From: Oscillospiraceae bacterium
Lineage (GTDB): Bacteria > Bacillota > Clostridia > Oscillospirales > CAG-272
Assembly (NCBI GenBank): GCA_015064395.1
Contig: SVSH01000010.1
Location: 4,890-68,889, forward strand
Length of the DNA: 64,000 nucleotides
Reading direction: 5' to 3'
Part shown: positions 44,445-53,819 of the stretch, one piece after another
Layout: every line of letters begins with the position of its first letter
How positions within the stretch are numbered: the stretch's first letter is position 1
Notes under the pieces: generated by a model
Database searches by the model: none
What the model was told of the DNA's origin: nothing
What the model saw: only the letters and a program-made list of their open reading frames with translations
Made by a program: the position numbers and the translations under genes

Positions 44445-45146
44445 TTATCTGCGTCTTCTGCCGCCCGATGCGAGCAGAACGAGACGGAGCAGGGTCAGAA
44501 GCGAGGTTGCAAGGGCTGCGACGTAGGTCATGGCGGCGGCGCGAAGGACTTTGCGCGAGCCGGCTGCCTCCTCCTGGGACATATAGCCCCAGCCCTCGAT
44601 GGCCTGCATGGCGCGACGGCTGGCGTTGAATTCTACGGGCAGTGTGATCAGCTGGAACAGCGTTACGGCCGCATAGGCGAGAATGCCGACGGTCATGAGC
44701 ATATCACTGGCAAAAAACAGGCCGATGATAAACAGGGGCATGGCGGCCATGGAGCCAAAGCGGCAGACGGGAATGATGGCGTTGCGCAGCTTGAGCGCGC
44801 CGTAATCGGTGGCGTGCTGAACGGCATGGCCCGCCTCGTGGGCGGCAATGCCGACGGCGGCAACGCTGGCGTTGTTATATACGCCCTCGGACAGGCGGAT
44901 GACGCCCGCGCGGGGGTCGTAATGGTCGGTCATTTGTCCCGGGATACATTCGATGGCAATATGGCGCAGGCCGTTGGCATCCAGAATGCGACGAGCGGCG
45001 TCAGCACCCGTCATGCCGTGGGCGTTGCGGACTTGAGAATATTGGCGATAGGCGGACTGGACGGCCGACTGTGCCCAGATGGTAAAGATGAGGGCAGGGA
45101 GCACGACGAGAAGGGACCAATCGCCCCAGAAATAGCCGAAGAACAT
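44445..45146 (-). CDS. membrane zinc metallopeptidase (YugP / Zn_peptidase_2 family)
   Basis: 233 aa from MFFGYFWGD (AAAGGAG RBS). HEAGHAVQH zinc motif and TM helices. The upstream extension in the track ORF is repeat R8. Confidence 0.85.
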   Translation of the reverse strand: MFFGYFWGDWSLLVVLPALIFTIWAQSAVQSAYRQYSQVRNAHGMTGADAARRILDANGLRHIAIECIPGQMTDHYDPRAGVIRLSEGVYNNASVAAVGIAAHEAGHAVQHATDYGALKLRNAIIPVCRFGSMAAMPLFIIGLFFASDMLMTVGILAYAAVTLFQLITLPVEFNASRRAMQAIEGWGYMSQEEAAGSRKVLRAAAMTYVAALATSLLTLLRLVLLASGGRRRR

Positions 45147-45166
45147 AGGAGGCTCCTTTCGGAAGA

Positions 45167-45661
45167 TTAAAGTTGTTAGAGCAAGCGTCGCCGGACGCTC
45201 ATACTGCGCGACAAGTCGCGCGCTGAGCGGATAGCTTGTGTGCCATTTCTTTGTCGCTGAACAAAGAAATGGCGAAAGAAAGGGAACCAAGACGTTCCCT
45301 CTTGGAACTCCCTTTTCGTGCCGCTCTGCAAAGAGGGCTGGGGAGAAAAACATAAAAGGTTTAAGTGCCATCTCTCGCCATTATGCCAACACGAGCGGCA
45401 GGCACACAAAGCAAAAGGTTTTGCCTTGAAGTGAGCGTGGCTTTCTTTAAGCCGCGCTCGCAAAATTTGAATTCGCTTACCTCCGCGCCACGATCAGAAA
45501 AGCTTTCGCTTTTCGTGGCGCGCTACGGGTTTCCAAAGGGTATTAGACCCTTTGGTGCCTTTTCTTCGCCTATTCTTTGCGGCAAGGCAAAGAATAGGCA
45601 CTTGCCAACCGCGAGCGCGCGCAGCTGGGCGAGCCTGTAGAAGAAGTTGTTAAACCCTTAG
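45167..45661 (-). repeat. modular repeat element, locus R8
   Basis: Contains hairpins 45242-45273 and 45568-45599, CCAAGA-CGTTCCC-TCTTGG (45287-45305), the inverted long-range GCCGCTC/GAGCGGC module and CCAAAGGG/CCCTTTGG. The terminus GAAGAAGTTGTTAAACCCTTAG overlaps the fmt stop codon with its last bases. Confidence 0.9.
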
Positions 45662-46605
45662 CTCAACAAATCCCCCACATTGATCTTTCTTCCTCGAATA
45701 AAATCCCCCGCATCCATACGCCCTTTGCCCTCAGGCAAAACACGCAAAATATCAAGAGTTGTACCATCACCGCACGCAACAGTGATGACACCGCCCTCAA
45801 GCGAGATCACCCTGCCGACGGTAGCATCAACAGGACAAGAAACCTCCGATACACGCGAAGCGAGAACCTTCAACAGCTTGCCGTCAGGCGTGTGAGTAAA
45901 AGCCAGGGGAATGGGAGAGAGCCCGCGGATCTGATCGTGCAAGCATTTAGCAGAACGGGCAAAATCCAGCACACAGTCCTCTTTTTCTATTTTGGCCGCG
46001 TAGGTGGCAAGTGATGCATCCTGTTTTTGGGCGATGAGCGTGCCCTCCTTCAAAGCGGCGATGGTGCGAAGCAGCGTCTGTGCTCCCACCGCACCCAGAC
46101 GGTCGTGCATATCCTCAAAATTATCGTTTTCGCCGATCTCGACTTCATCACGGAGCAGCATATCGCCCGTGTCAAGTCCGACGTCCATGTACATGGTCGT
46201 AATGCCCGTGGTCTTGCAACCGTCAATGATGGCGCGCTGCATGGGCGCCGCGCCGCGATAGGCGGGCAGGAGAGATCCGTGGACGTTGATGCAGCCGTAT
46301 TTCGGATAGTCCAATACGTTCTTGGGCAGGATCTTGCCAAAGGCAACAACGACGACCAACTCGGGATCAAGCTCACTCAAAAGCGCGGCAAATTCCTCGC
46401 CCTTGAGCGTCGCGGGCTGATAGACGGGGATGCTTTGCTCGAGCGCATACACCTTGACAGGCGGCGGCGCGAGGGTGTAGCCTCGGCCGCGCGGCTTGTC
46501 GGGCTGGGTCACGACGCCAATGACGTCCTCCCCCGACTCGACCAGCGCCTTGAGGGAAAACAGGGCAAAATCAGGCGTGCCCATGAACAGAATTCTCATA
46601 TTCAA
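45658..46605 (-). CDS. fmt: methionyl-tRNA formyltransferase
   Basis: 315 aa. Motifs MGTPDFA and HGSLLPAYRGAAP. Confidence 0.95.
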   Translation of the reverse strand: MNMRILFMGTPDFALFSLKALVESGEDVIGVVTQPDKPRGRGYTLAPPPVKVYALEQSIPVYQPATLKGEEFAALLSELDPELVVVVAFGKILPKNVLDYPKYGCINVHGSLLPAYRGAAPMQRAIIDGCKTTGITTMYMDVGLDTGDMLLRDEVEIGENDNFEDMHDRLGAVGAQTLLRTIAALKEGTLIAQKQDASLATYAAKIEKEDCVLDFARSAKCLHDQIRGLSPIPLAFTHTPDGKLLKVLASRVSEVSCPVDATVGRVISLEGGVITVACGDGTTLDILRVLPEGKGRMDAGDFIRGRKINVGDLLS

Positions 46606-47063
46606 TCGTCATCCTCCAGCATATATTCGGCGCTGTCAATGAACAATTTGCCGTCCAGATGCTCGATCTCGTGGCAGAAGGCGCGGGCGAGAAGGTCCGT
46701 GCCGTTCATTTCAAACTCCTTGCCGTGACGGTCGGTTGCGCGGACGGTCACGTACTTGGGACGCTTGACCATACCAAACTGACCCGGCAGGGAAAGACAC
46801 CCTTCCGAGCCCTCCTGCTCGCCCGCCATGGCGACGATCTTGGGGTTGATCAGCTCGATCAGCTCACCCGGCTCGACCTCGATGACGGCGATGCGGCGCA
46901 GAATGCCCACCTGCGGGGCGGCAAGACCGACGCCGTCGTTGGCACGCATGGTCTCTGCCATGTCGTCCAGCAGCGTCAGTACATTTTTATTGATGGTATC
47001 TACGGGGCGGCAAACACGGCGCAGCGTGTCGTCGCCATATTGAACGATCTTTCTTTTTGCCAT
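46602..47063 (-). CDS. def: peptide deformylase
   Basis: 153 aa. Motifs GVGLAAPQ, EGCLS and HEIEH. Confidence 0.96.
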   Translation of the reverse strand: MAKRKIVQYGDDTLRRVCRPVDTINKNVLTLLDDMAETMRANDGVGLAAPQVGILRRIAVIEVEPGELIELINPKIVAMAGEQEGSEGCLSLPGQFGMVKRPKYVTVRATDRHGKEFEMNGTDLLARAFCHEIEHLDGKLFIDSAEYMLEDDD

Positions 47064-47100
47064 GGTATATGGACTCCTTTCGGGGTGTTATGATCATGTA

Positions 47101-49584
47101 TTAAAGGGTAGAGGGATTGAAATCCATGGAAAGCTGGGCGCCCTCCTTGGCGGCCGAGAACAGGGTCAGGAGCGTAGCGAACAGCTCGCGCGAGCGCTTG
47201 TTCAGGCGGCACTTGACCACCATGCGCATGCGGAACTTGTTGTCCAGACGGTAAACGGGGGCTTCAAACGGCCCGAAGATGACCGTCTTAACGTCCGAAA
47301 AGTCGCCACCGATGAGTCGGCTCGTTTCCTCGTACAAGCGTCTCGCGGCCAGCATGAGCGCCTTTTCGTCCTCGCAGGACAGCGACAGGAGCGCCAGGTC
47401 GCAAAACGGCGGAAAGACCAAGAGCCGACGCAGCTTGATCTCGCGGGCGTAAAAGCTCTCGTAGTCCTGGGCGCAGGCCAGACGGATGACGTCGTTGTCA
47501 GGATTGGATGTCTGGATAATGGCCCTGCCGGGGGTGTCTCCCCGTCCTGCACGACCGATGACCTGGGTCAGTTGAGCGAAGGTGCGCTCGCTGGCGCGGT
47601 AGTCATCCAGATACAGCGAGGCATCGGCCGACAGCACACCGACCAGCGTGACGTCGGGGAAATCGTGCCCCTTGGTAACCATTTGGGTGCCAAGGAGTAT
47701 GTCCGCCTCGTGGGCGCGGAACTGTCCGAGCATTCGGTCGTAGGAAAACTTGGACGTCGTCGTATCGGTATCCATGCGCAAAATGCCTGCCGAGGGGAAC
47801 AGCTCGCCCAGCTCCTGCTCGACGCGCTGGGTGCCAAAGCCACCTCGCGTCAGATGCTCCGACTGACAGGAGGGACACTCGCGGGGGACCGGCTTGCGGC
47901 TGCCGCAGAAATGGCAGACCAGGTCGCCCTCGGTGAAGCTGCCGCGGCGGGTGTGGTAGGTCATGGCGACACTGCAACGCTCACACAGGACGGCCTCGCC
48001 GCAGGAGCGGCAGGAGATGAAGCGGTGGTAGCCGCGACGGTTCAAAAACAGAATGGACTGCTTGTCTACCTCGAGATTTTTGGCGATCTCGCCGCACAAC
48101 AGCGTGCCCAAAGGCGAGGTGTTGCCCGAGGCACTCTCGCGGCGCATATCCGAGATGATGACCTCGGGGAGCAGTGCGCGACCGTAGCGGCGGGTCAGCT
48201 TGATCAGCGTGTATTTGCCTTCCACCGCCTTGTGATAGCTCTCCAACGAGGGCGTTGCCGATGCCAACAGCATCAAAGCACCCGTCTGGGCACAGCGGTA
48301 GCGGGCGATGTCGTGCGCCCGGTATTTGGGGCTCATATCGGACTTGTAGGTGTGCTCCTGCTCCTCGTCAATGATGATAGCGCCCAGGTTTTTCACGGGG
48401 GCGAACACGGCCGAGCGGGTGCCGACCACCACGGTCGCCTGTCCCTTGCGAATGCGCTCGTAAGCGTCATAGCGCTCGCCGGCCGACAGACCCGAGTGAA
48501 TGACCGCCACGCATTCTCCGAAGTGAGAGCAGAAAATGGCGATGGATTGCGGGGTCAGAGCGATCTCGGGCAAGAGCACGATGGCGCCCTTGCCACTGCC
48601 CAGCAGATGCTTGATCAGGGCAAGCATGACCGAGGTTTTGCCGCTTCCCGTCACGCCGTGCAAAAGAGCCGCGTGCGCGTCTCCCGAATCGACGAAATCA
48701 CACAGCGTAAGATAAGCGTGGCGTTGTTCCTCGTTCAGTTCAATAGGACGGGGCGGGGGCAGCTTTTCTATTTCATAGGGACGGCGCTCGTTGAGCTGCT
48801 TTTGCAGGGCAAGATAGCCGCGACTTGTCATGGTCGTGAGCACCGACGGGGTACATCCCGCGGCGGCGCACAGCTCCTTGTCGCTCATGGGCGCGTTGTT
48901 TTCCACCAAAAGGCGCAGCACCGTGCGGTGCTTTTCAGAGCGCACAGGGGTGTCAGCCGTTCCGTTGAGAAGGGCGTAGGCGTCTGCTTCGGAAATGGCC
49001 AGGGCACGGCAGGTGGTGTAGCTGGCGGCGTCTACGTCCTTGTACAGCGCGTCGCGGATGACGATGCGTCGCTCGCGCAGACGGCGCAGTGCCTCGTCCG
49101 TTGTCGTGCCGAACCGGCGGCGCAGCTGGGCTGTGGATACCTGTCCCGCTGTGCGGATATAGGCGGCCACCGTCTCATCCTCGGGGTGCGAGGGGTCGGT
49201 GGGCAGTGCTTCTCCGCCCGGCGCGGGCAGATAGATCTCGGTCATGCGGGTCAGGGCAGACGCGGGGATCATGGCCCGCACGGCATCTCCTATGGTGCAT
49301 AGTGTCTGCTCCTTCATAAAAAGAGCCAGACCCATCATGTGTTCGGACAGCGCGATGCGATCGGTCGAGACGGACAGAAGGGGCTTGTGCTTGGGAAAGG
49401 GGGAGTGATCGCGCACCTCGGCAACCAGCGCCAGATGCTTGCGGTTGCCGTTGCCAAAGGGAACGGTGACAAAAGAACCGCGATGCACCACGTCGCACAG
49501 GGACCGGGGGATGAGGTAGTCGTATACGCGGTCGATGGCAAAGGGTGCATCCAACAGATACACACCGGCGTACGATGGCGTCAT
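47101..49584 (-). CDS. priA: primosomal replication-restart helicase PriA
   Basis: 827 aa from MTPSYAGVYLLD (GGGAGG RBS). Walker A GVTGSGKT, a DEEH box, and Cys-rich zinc-binding insertions. Confidence 0.95.
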   Translation of the reverse strand: MTPSYAGVYLLDAPFAIDRVYDYLIPRSLCDVVHRGSFVTVPFGNGNRKHLALVAEVRDHSPFPKHKPLLSVSTDRIALSEHMMGLALFMKEQTLCTIGDAVRAMIPASALTRMTEIYLPAPGGEALPTDPSHPEDETVAAYIRTAGQVSTAQLRRRFGTTTDEALRRLRERRIVIRDALYKDVDAASYTTCRALAISEADAYALLNGTADTPVRSEKHRTVLRLLVENNAPMSDKELCAAAGCTPSVLTTMTSRGYLALQKQLNERRPYEIEKLPPPRPIELNEEQRHAYLTLCDFVDSGDAHAALLHGVTGSGKTSVMLALIKHLLGSGKGAIVLLPEIALTPQSIAIFCSHFGECVAVIHSGLSAGERYDAYERIRKGQATVVVGTRSAVFAPVKNLGAIIIDEEQEHTYKSDMSPKYRAHDIARYRCAQTGALMLLASATPSLESYHKAVEGKYTLIKLTRRYGRALLPEVIISDMRRESASGNTSPLGTLLCGEIAKNLEVDKQSILFLNRRGYHRFISCRSCGEAVLCERCSVAMTYHTRRGSFTEGDLVCHFCGSRKPVPRECPSCQSEHLTRGGFGTQRVEQELGELFPSAGILRMDTDTTTSKFSYDRMLGQFRAHEADILLGTQMVTKGHDFPDVTLVGVLSADASLYLDDYRASERTFAQLTQVIGRAGRGDTPGRAIIQTSNPDNDVIRLACAQDYESFYAREIKLRRLLVFPPFCDLALLSLSCEDEKALMLAARRLYEETSRLIGGDFSDVKTVIFGPFEAPVYRLDNKFRMRMVVKCRLNKRSRELFATLLTLFSAAKEGAQLSMDFNPSTL

Positions 49585-49671
49585 GCTCCAACCTCCCTTC
49601 GGTACAGTGGACGGGACACGCGGCTCTTTGAGCACAGCTTCCCCAAAAGCATGCAAGGGGACGATATCATA

Positions 49672-49971
49672 TCAGGCCTGCTCTGCGACGGGCTCGTCGT
49701 CCTCGTCATCCTCGCAGTGATACAGCGTAAAATCTCCCGTGCGGATATGGTTGATGGCGACCTTGACCGCCTTCTCGTCTCTGTATTCCTTGTCGATCAT
49801 ATTGCACAGATTCTTGTCGCCGTCCTTAATGCCGGCAACTGCCTTCTCGGCCGCCTCTCTCTGGCGGACGTACTCATCGGTGACCATGCGGGCACACTTA
49901 GCGGTTGCAATGACAAGCTCATAGCGGTTGAAGTTACCGCCGGTCAGTTGATGGATGGTAGGGTAAAGCAT
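49672..49971 (-). CDS. rpoZ: DNA-directed RNA polymerase subunit omega
   Basis: 99 aa. MLYPTIHQL...NRYELVIATAKCARMV matches the omega N-terminal pattern. Follows gmk. Confidence 0.85.
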   Translation of the reverse strand: MLYPTIHQLTGGNFNRYELVIATAKCARMVTDEYVRQREAAEKAVAGIKDGDKNLCNMIDKEYRDEKAVKVAINHIRTGDFTLYHCEDDEDDEPVAEQA

Positions 49972-50016
49972 GATAAATCCTCTCTTTTATAGTTATGTAA
50001 ATGCAAAGTGTCGATG

Positions 50017-50631
50017 TTAATTTTGCCGACGGAAGTAATCCGAGGCGGCATTTGGACGGCGCTTGGCGGCCAGGCATTCGGCGTGAACGATGGTCTGGAT
50101 CTCCTTGGCACACTCTACGGCGCATCCGTCGCAGTTGTAGACGATATAATCGTATTCATTCACCCGGCGCACCTCGAATTTGGTCTGCTCCAGTCTTGCT
50201 AAGATCTTTTCTTCTGTCTCGGTGGCGCGGCCACGCAGACGCTGCTCCTGTACCTCGTAGGAGGGGGGGAGAAGCATGATGAGCACGGCCTCGGGGTAGC
50301 GGCTCTTGACCTGCATCGCACCGTCGACCTCGATCTCAAGAATGAGATGCTTGCCGCTGTCCAGCACCTCCTCGGCTTCCTTTTTGGGCGTGCCGTAGAA
50401 GTTGCCGCAATATTGGGTGTATTCGAGCATGCCGCCCTCGGCGATTCGAGCGCGGAACTCCTCCTCGGTGATGAAGTGGTAGTTGACACCGTCCACCTCG
50501 CCCGGACGGGGCGCACGCGTGGTGGCCGAGACCGAATAGACGAACTCGCCGGTTTTGAGCAGCTCGGCGTTGACCGTGCCCTTACCCGATCCGGCAGGAC
50601 CGGATACGACGACCATAAGACCTCTTTCCAT
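50017..50631 (-). CDS. gmk: guanylate kinase
   Basis: 204 aa. P-loop SGPAGSGKGT and the SATTRAPRPGE motif. Confidence 0.95.
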   Translation of the reverse strand: MERGLMVVVSGPAGSGKGTVNAELLKTGEFVYSVSATTRAPRPGEVDGVNYHFITEEEFRARIAEGGMLEYTQYCGNFYGTPKKEAEEVLDSGKHLILEIEVDGAMQVKSRYPEAVLIMLLPPSYEVQEQRLRGRATETEEKILARLEQTKFEVRRVNEYDYIVYNCDGCAVECAKEIQTIVHAECLAAKRRPNAASDYFRRQN

Positions 50632-50916
50632 TTACGAATCCTCCTCGGCAAGCTCGCCGTCCTCCGTGCCGTAGGCATTGCTGTCGCCTTCCAGACGGTT
50701 TGCGATGGTCTCGGTCTGAATAGCCGAGAGAATGACGTGCTCGGAGTCGGTGATGACGACCGAGCGGGCGCGGCGACCGCAGGTCACATCGATGGCGCGA
50801 CCGTCGTCCTTGGCACTCTGAATCAGGCGCTTGATGGGCGCAGAATCGGGGCTGGCCAGCGCGACGACACGGTCGACGGCGACCATATTACCAAAACCAA
50901 TATTGATAAACTTCAT
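50632..50916 (-). CDS. remA: RemA / DUF370 family regulator
   Basis: 94 aa from [19 protein letters not shown]. The order yicC-remA-gmk-rpoZ is conserved. Confidence 0.85.
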   Translation of the reverse strand: MKFINIGFGNMVAVDRVVALASPDSAPIKRLIQSAKDDGRAIDVTCGRRARSVVITDSEHVILSAIQTETIANRLEGDSNAYGTEDGELAEEDS

Positions 50917-50935
50917 GCGGCACCTCGCTTGTATG

Positions 50936-51823
50936 TTACTCCAGATTCTGGATCTGCTCGCGGATCTTCTCCAGCTCGTTTTTGGCATCCACAATGCGGT
51001 GGGCGATCTCGGCGTCGGCGCACTTGGAGCCGATGGTGTTGACCTCGCGGTTCATCTCCTGAATGAGGAAGTCCAGCTTGCGGCCGACGGCATCGTTTGC
51101 GTTCATCAGATCCTCAAACAGAGCGAAGTGGGAGCGAAGGCGAACCAGCTCCTCATCCACCGCGATCTTGTCGGCGTGCAGGGCACATTCGGTCAGAATG
51201 CGGTTTTCATCTGCCGTGACGCGGTTGTCTGCCAGAATGGTGCGCAATCTCTCCTCCAGCTTTTTGCGATAGCCGCTGACGTCCTCTGCACTTCGTTCCT
51301 CAACACCGTCGGTCAGGCGGCGCAGATTTTGCAGCTTGGTCAGCAGATCGTCGCGCAGTCTCGCCCCTTCGCGCTCGCGGGCGGCGATAAAGGCGTCTGT
51401 GGCCTCGCAAAGGACCGGCAACAGGCGCTCCCAGCTCTCATCAAGGTCGACCTCAACCTGCTCCTGGGCAAAAATGGCCGGATTGGCGGCGATGCGCATG
51501 ACGCTGATGTCATCGGTCAAGCCGTACTCGTCACGCAGATGGTACAGCGCATCGAGATAGGCGCGCACGGCAGTGTCGTTGACCGTCATGCCGCGGGGGG
51601 TCTGATCCTTGCTTTCCAGAGACACGGTGATGTCTACCTTGCCGCGGCTGATGCCTCGACTCTGCAGATACGGGCGGATGCGCTCCTCCAGCCCCGAGAA
51701 TACGCGGGGCAATCTCGGCGAACAATCCAGGTAACGGTTGTTGACCGAGCGCATTTCCACAACGATGGTATTCAGTTCATCCGTGCGGGTGGCACGAGAA
51801 AAAGCGGTCATGCTGCGAATCAT
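50936..51823 (-). CDS. yicC: YicC family (YloC-like) stress-induced protein
   Basis: 295 aa from [12 protein letters not shown]-terminal DUF1732 motif [12 protein letters not shown]. Confidence 0.85.
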   Translation of the reverse strand: MIRSMTAFSRATRTDELNTIVVEMRSVNNRYLDCSPRLPRVFSGLEERIRPYLQSRGISRGKVDITVSLESKDQTPRGMTVNDTAVRAYLDALYHLRDEYGLTDDISVMRIAANPAIFAQEQVEVDLDESWERLLPVLCEATDAFIAAREREGARLRDDLLTKLQNLRRLTDGVEERSAEDVSGYRKKLEERLRTILADNRVTADENRILTECALHADKIAVDEELVRLRSHFALFEDLMNANDAVGRKLDFLIQEMNREVNTIGSKCADAEIAHRIVDAKNELEKIREQIQNLE

Positions 51824-52003
51824 GTAAGACACTCCGTCCTCTCCTTGCTCCTTTAGGAGCAATACATAATTTATTTTACCCCATTTTTGCGAAAATGTCA
51901 ACGGTTCGGTTGCATTTTTTCATATTTATAGCGGCCTTTTTGGGATGGCGATCCAAATCAATAAAAAAATTGTAAATTTTTTCGGGAAAATGTGCTCGGG
52001 GTA

Positions 52004-52032
52004 TTGAAAAATCAAAAAAAATGTTATATAAT
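52004..52032 (+). promoter_or_regulatory. sigma-A-type promoter for efp
   Basis: TTGAAA (52004-52009), 17-nt spacer, TATAAT (52027-52032), in an AT-rich intergenic region. Confidence 0.6.
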
Positions 52033-52080
52033 GATTTGCAAATACTATTCACAAAGAGTTTAACTAACTGGAGGTTTCAA

Positions 52081-52641
52081 ATGGTAGTAGCTGGTGATTT
52101 TAAGAATGGCGTTACGTTTGACATGGGCGACGGTGTCGTTTGGCAGGTCGTTGAGTTTCAGCACGTAAAGCCCGGTAAGGGTGCCGCATTCGTCCGTACC
52201 AAGATGAAGAACGTCATGACGGGCGGTATCGTTGAGCGTACCTTCTCGCCGACTGACAAGTTTGAGAACGCTTATATCGAGCGTCGCGAGATGCAGTACT
52301 CCTACGACGACGGTGACCTGTACCACTTCATGGACACCGAGACTTGGGAGGAGACTCTCATTGCACACGACAAGGTTGACGACAACTTCAAGTTCGTCAA
52401 GGAAGAAATGATGGTTAAGATCATTTCCTACAAGGGCAACGTCTTTGGCGTTGAGCCCCCCACATTCGTTGAGCTGGCTGTTGCTAAGACCGATCCCGGC
52501 TTCGCAGGCAACACCGCAACCAACACCCTCAAGCCCGCAACGCTGGAGACGGGCGCTGAGATCAAGGTTCCCCTGTTCATCAACGAGGGCGACGTGCTCA
52601 AGATTGATACCAGAACGGGCGAATATCTGTCCAGAGCATAA
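52081..52641 (+). CDS. efp: elongation factor P
   Basis: 186 aa from [10 protein letters not shown]. The [15 protein letters not shown] loop is present. Confidence 0.97.
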   Translation: MVVAGDFKNGVTFDMGDGVVWQVVEFQHVKPGKGAAFVRTKMKNVMTGGIVERTFSPTDKFENAYIERREMQYSYDDGDLYHFMDTETWEETLIAHDKVDDNFKFVKEEMMVKIISYKGNVFGVEPPTFVELAVAKTDPGFAGNTATNTLKPATLETGAEIKVPLFINEGDVLKIDTRTGEYLSRA

Positions 52642-52732
52642 AACAAATCAACAAAAACACAGGAGGGAGAAGGAATACCGCCGCGCGGTGCGCCATTCTC
52701 CCTTTTTGTTCAAACGAAAGGAGAACATAACA

Positions 52733-53215
52733 ATGGAACTGAAGGAAAAAGCTGCATATCTGAAGGGCCTGGCTGACGGTCTGGACTATGACAAGGAGAC
52801 CAAGGAGGGCAAGCTGATTGCCGCTCTGATCGATCTGACGCAGGAGCTGTGCTCGGCGGTCGAGATGTTGGATACCGATATGGACGAGGTCGCCTGTGAA
52901 CTCGAGGAGCTGCGTGAGTATATCGAGGAGATCGACGACGATCTGAACGACGTTGAGGAGTTTTTGGACGAAGAGGTAGAGCTTGACGACTGGGACGACG
53001 AAGAGGACGACGAGGATGAGGACTGGTGCGACGGCGAATGCGAGGGTTGCAGCGGTTGCGACGATTATTTTGAGATCGTGTGTCCTTCTTGCGGCGAGAC
53101 CATCTGCTTTGATGAGTCGGTCGATCCGGAGGATCTGACCTGTCCTGCATGCCAGGAGAAGTTTGCGTGCATCGTAGAAGAGGATGACATGCAGGCGCTG
53201 GCAGAGGAAGAATAA
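52733..53215 (+). CDS. highly acidic protein with a C-terminal CxxC...CxxC zinc ribbon (resembles the CD1247 N-terminal-domain family)
   Basis: 160 aa from MELKEKAAYLKGLADG (AAAGGAGAA RBS). Long D/E tract, then CPSCGETICF...CPACQEKF. The family name is from memory. Confidence 0.55.
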   Translation: MELKEKAAYLKGLADGLDYDKETKEGKLIAALIDLTQELCSAVEMLDTDMDEVACELEELREYIEEIDDDLNDVEEFLDEEVELDDWDDEEDDEDEDWCDGECEGCSGCDDYFEIVCPSCGETICFDESVDPEDLTCPACQEKFACIVEEDDMQALAEEE

Positions 53216-53224
53216 GTTTGGACT

Positions 53225-53262
53225 AAAAAAGCGGACTTTCTTTGGAAAGTCCGCTTTTTTGT
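53225..53262 (+). terminator. rho-independent terminator
   Basis: AAAAAAGCGGACTTTC-TTTG-GAAAGTCCGCTTTTTT. Confidence 0.85.
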
Positions 53263-53296
53263 TGGGCGGGATTTGAAGCAATTGCTTGAAATTTAG

Positions 53297-53757
53297 TTTT
53301 CTCTCCTTTGTCCGCCGCACAACGCGCGGCGGGAGGTTTATGCTACTTCTTGGCGTTCCCCAAGAAGTAGCCAAGAAGGGAACCAAGGGGACACCCCTTG
53401 GGACCCCGCTGCCCGACGGCTTTCGAGAGCCGCCGGGGCTTTTGCTTTCGCAAGCCTCCTCCATCTTGGGCGCATGAGCGCACGCCCAAGATGGGTGCGG
53501 TTTGGCAAAAACCCTTGCTTTCTTTGCCTGTCGCTCGTGCTGGCAAAATTTGAGGCACAGCACAGGGAGCGTTTATGTGATCTCTCGTCTTCCTCTTTGA
53601 AGAGCGGCACGGGAGCAGTTTCCAAAGGCGGCAGCCTTTGGCGCGTTTTCTTGGTTCGTTCTTTGCCGCGTGGCAAAGAATGAACAACAAAGACAGTACA
53701 GCGAACGCGTGCGAAGCACAGTGTGAGCGTCAAAAGGAGAAGTTGCTTGAAATTCAG
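53297..53757 (+). repeat. modular repeat element, locus R9 (alpha form, 461 bp) flanked by direct repeats
   Basis: Collinear with the R1 units. The left flank ATTGCTTGAAATTTAG (53281-53296) matches the element terminus GTTGCTTGAAATTCAG (53742-53757). Confidence 0.92.
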
Positions 53758-53819
53758 CTAAACAAAACAAACCTCCCATCCCACACATGCCGCGTGGGAT
53801 GGGAGGTTGTCTATCTTTT

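Noticed and set aside
44445-45371. N-terminal extensions of track ORFs that run into repeats or upstream regions: 44445..45371, 59350..61047, 34629..34994, 16859..17365, 13435..14295, 6894..7220, 7132..7524, 50632..50994, 50936..51901, 47101..49656, 35514..37634, 21472..22320, 30374..31303, 31347..32669, 52021..52641, 52445..53215 and 25571..28585.
   Set aside because: In each case an internal Met is preceded by a good Shine-Dalgarno sequence at 6-10 nt and matches the conserved N-terminus of the family. The extension is repeat-derived or non-conserved sequence.
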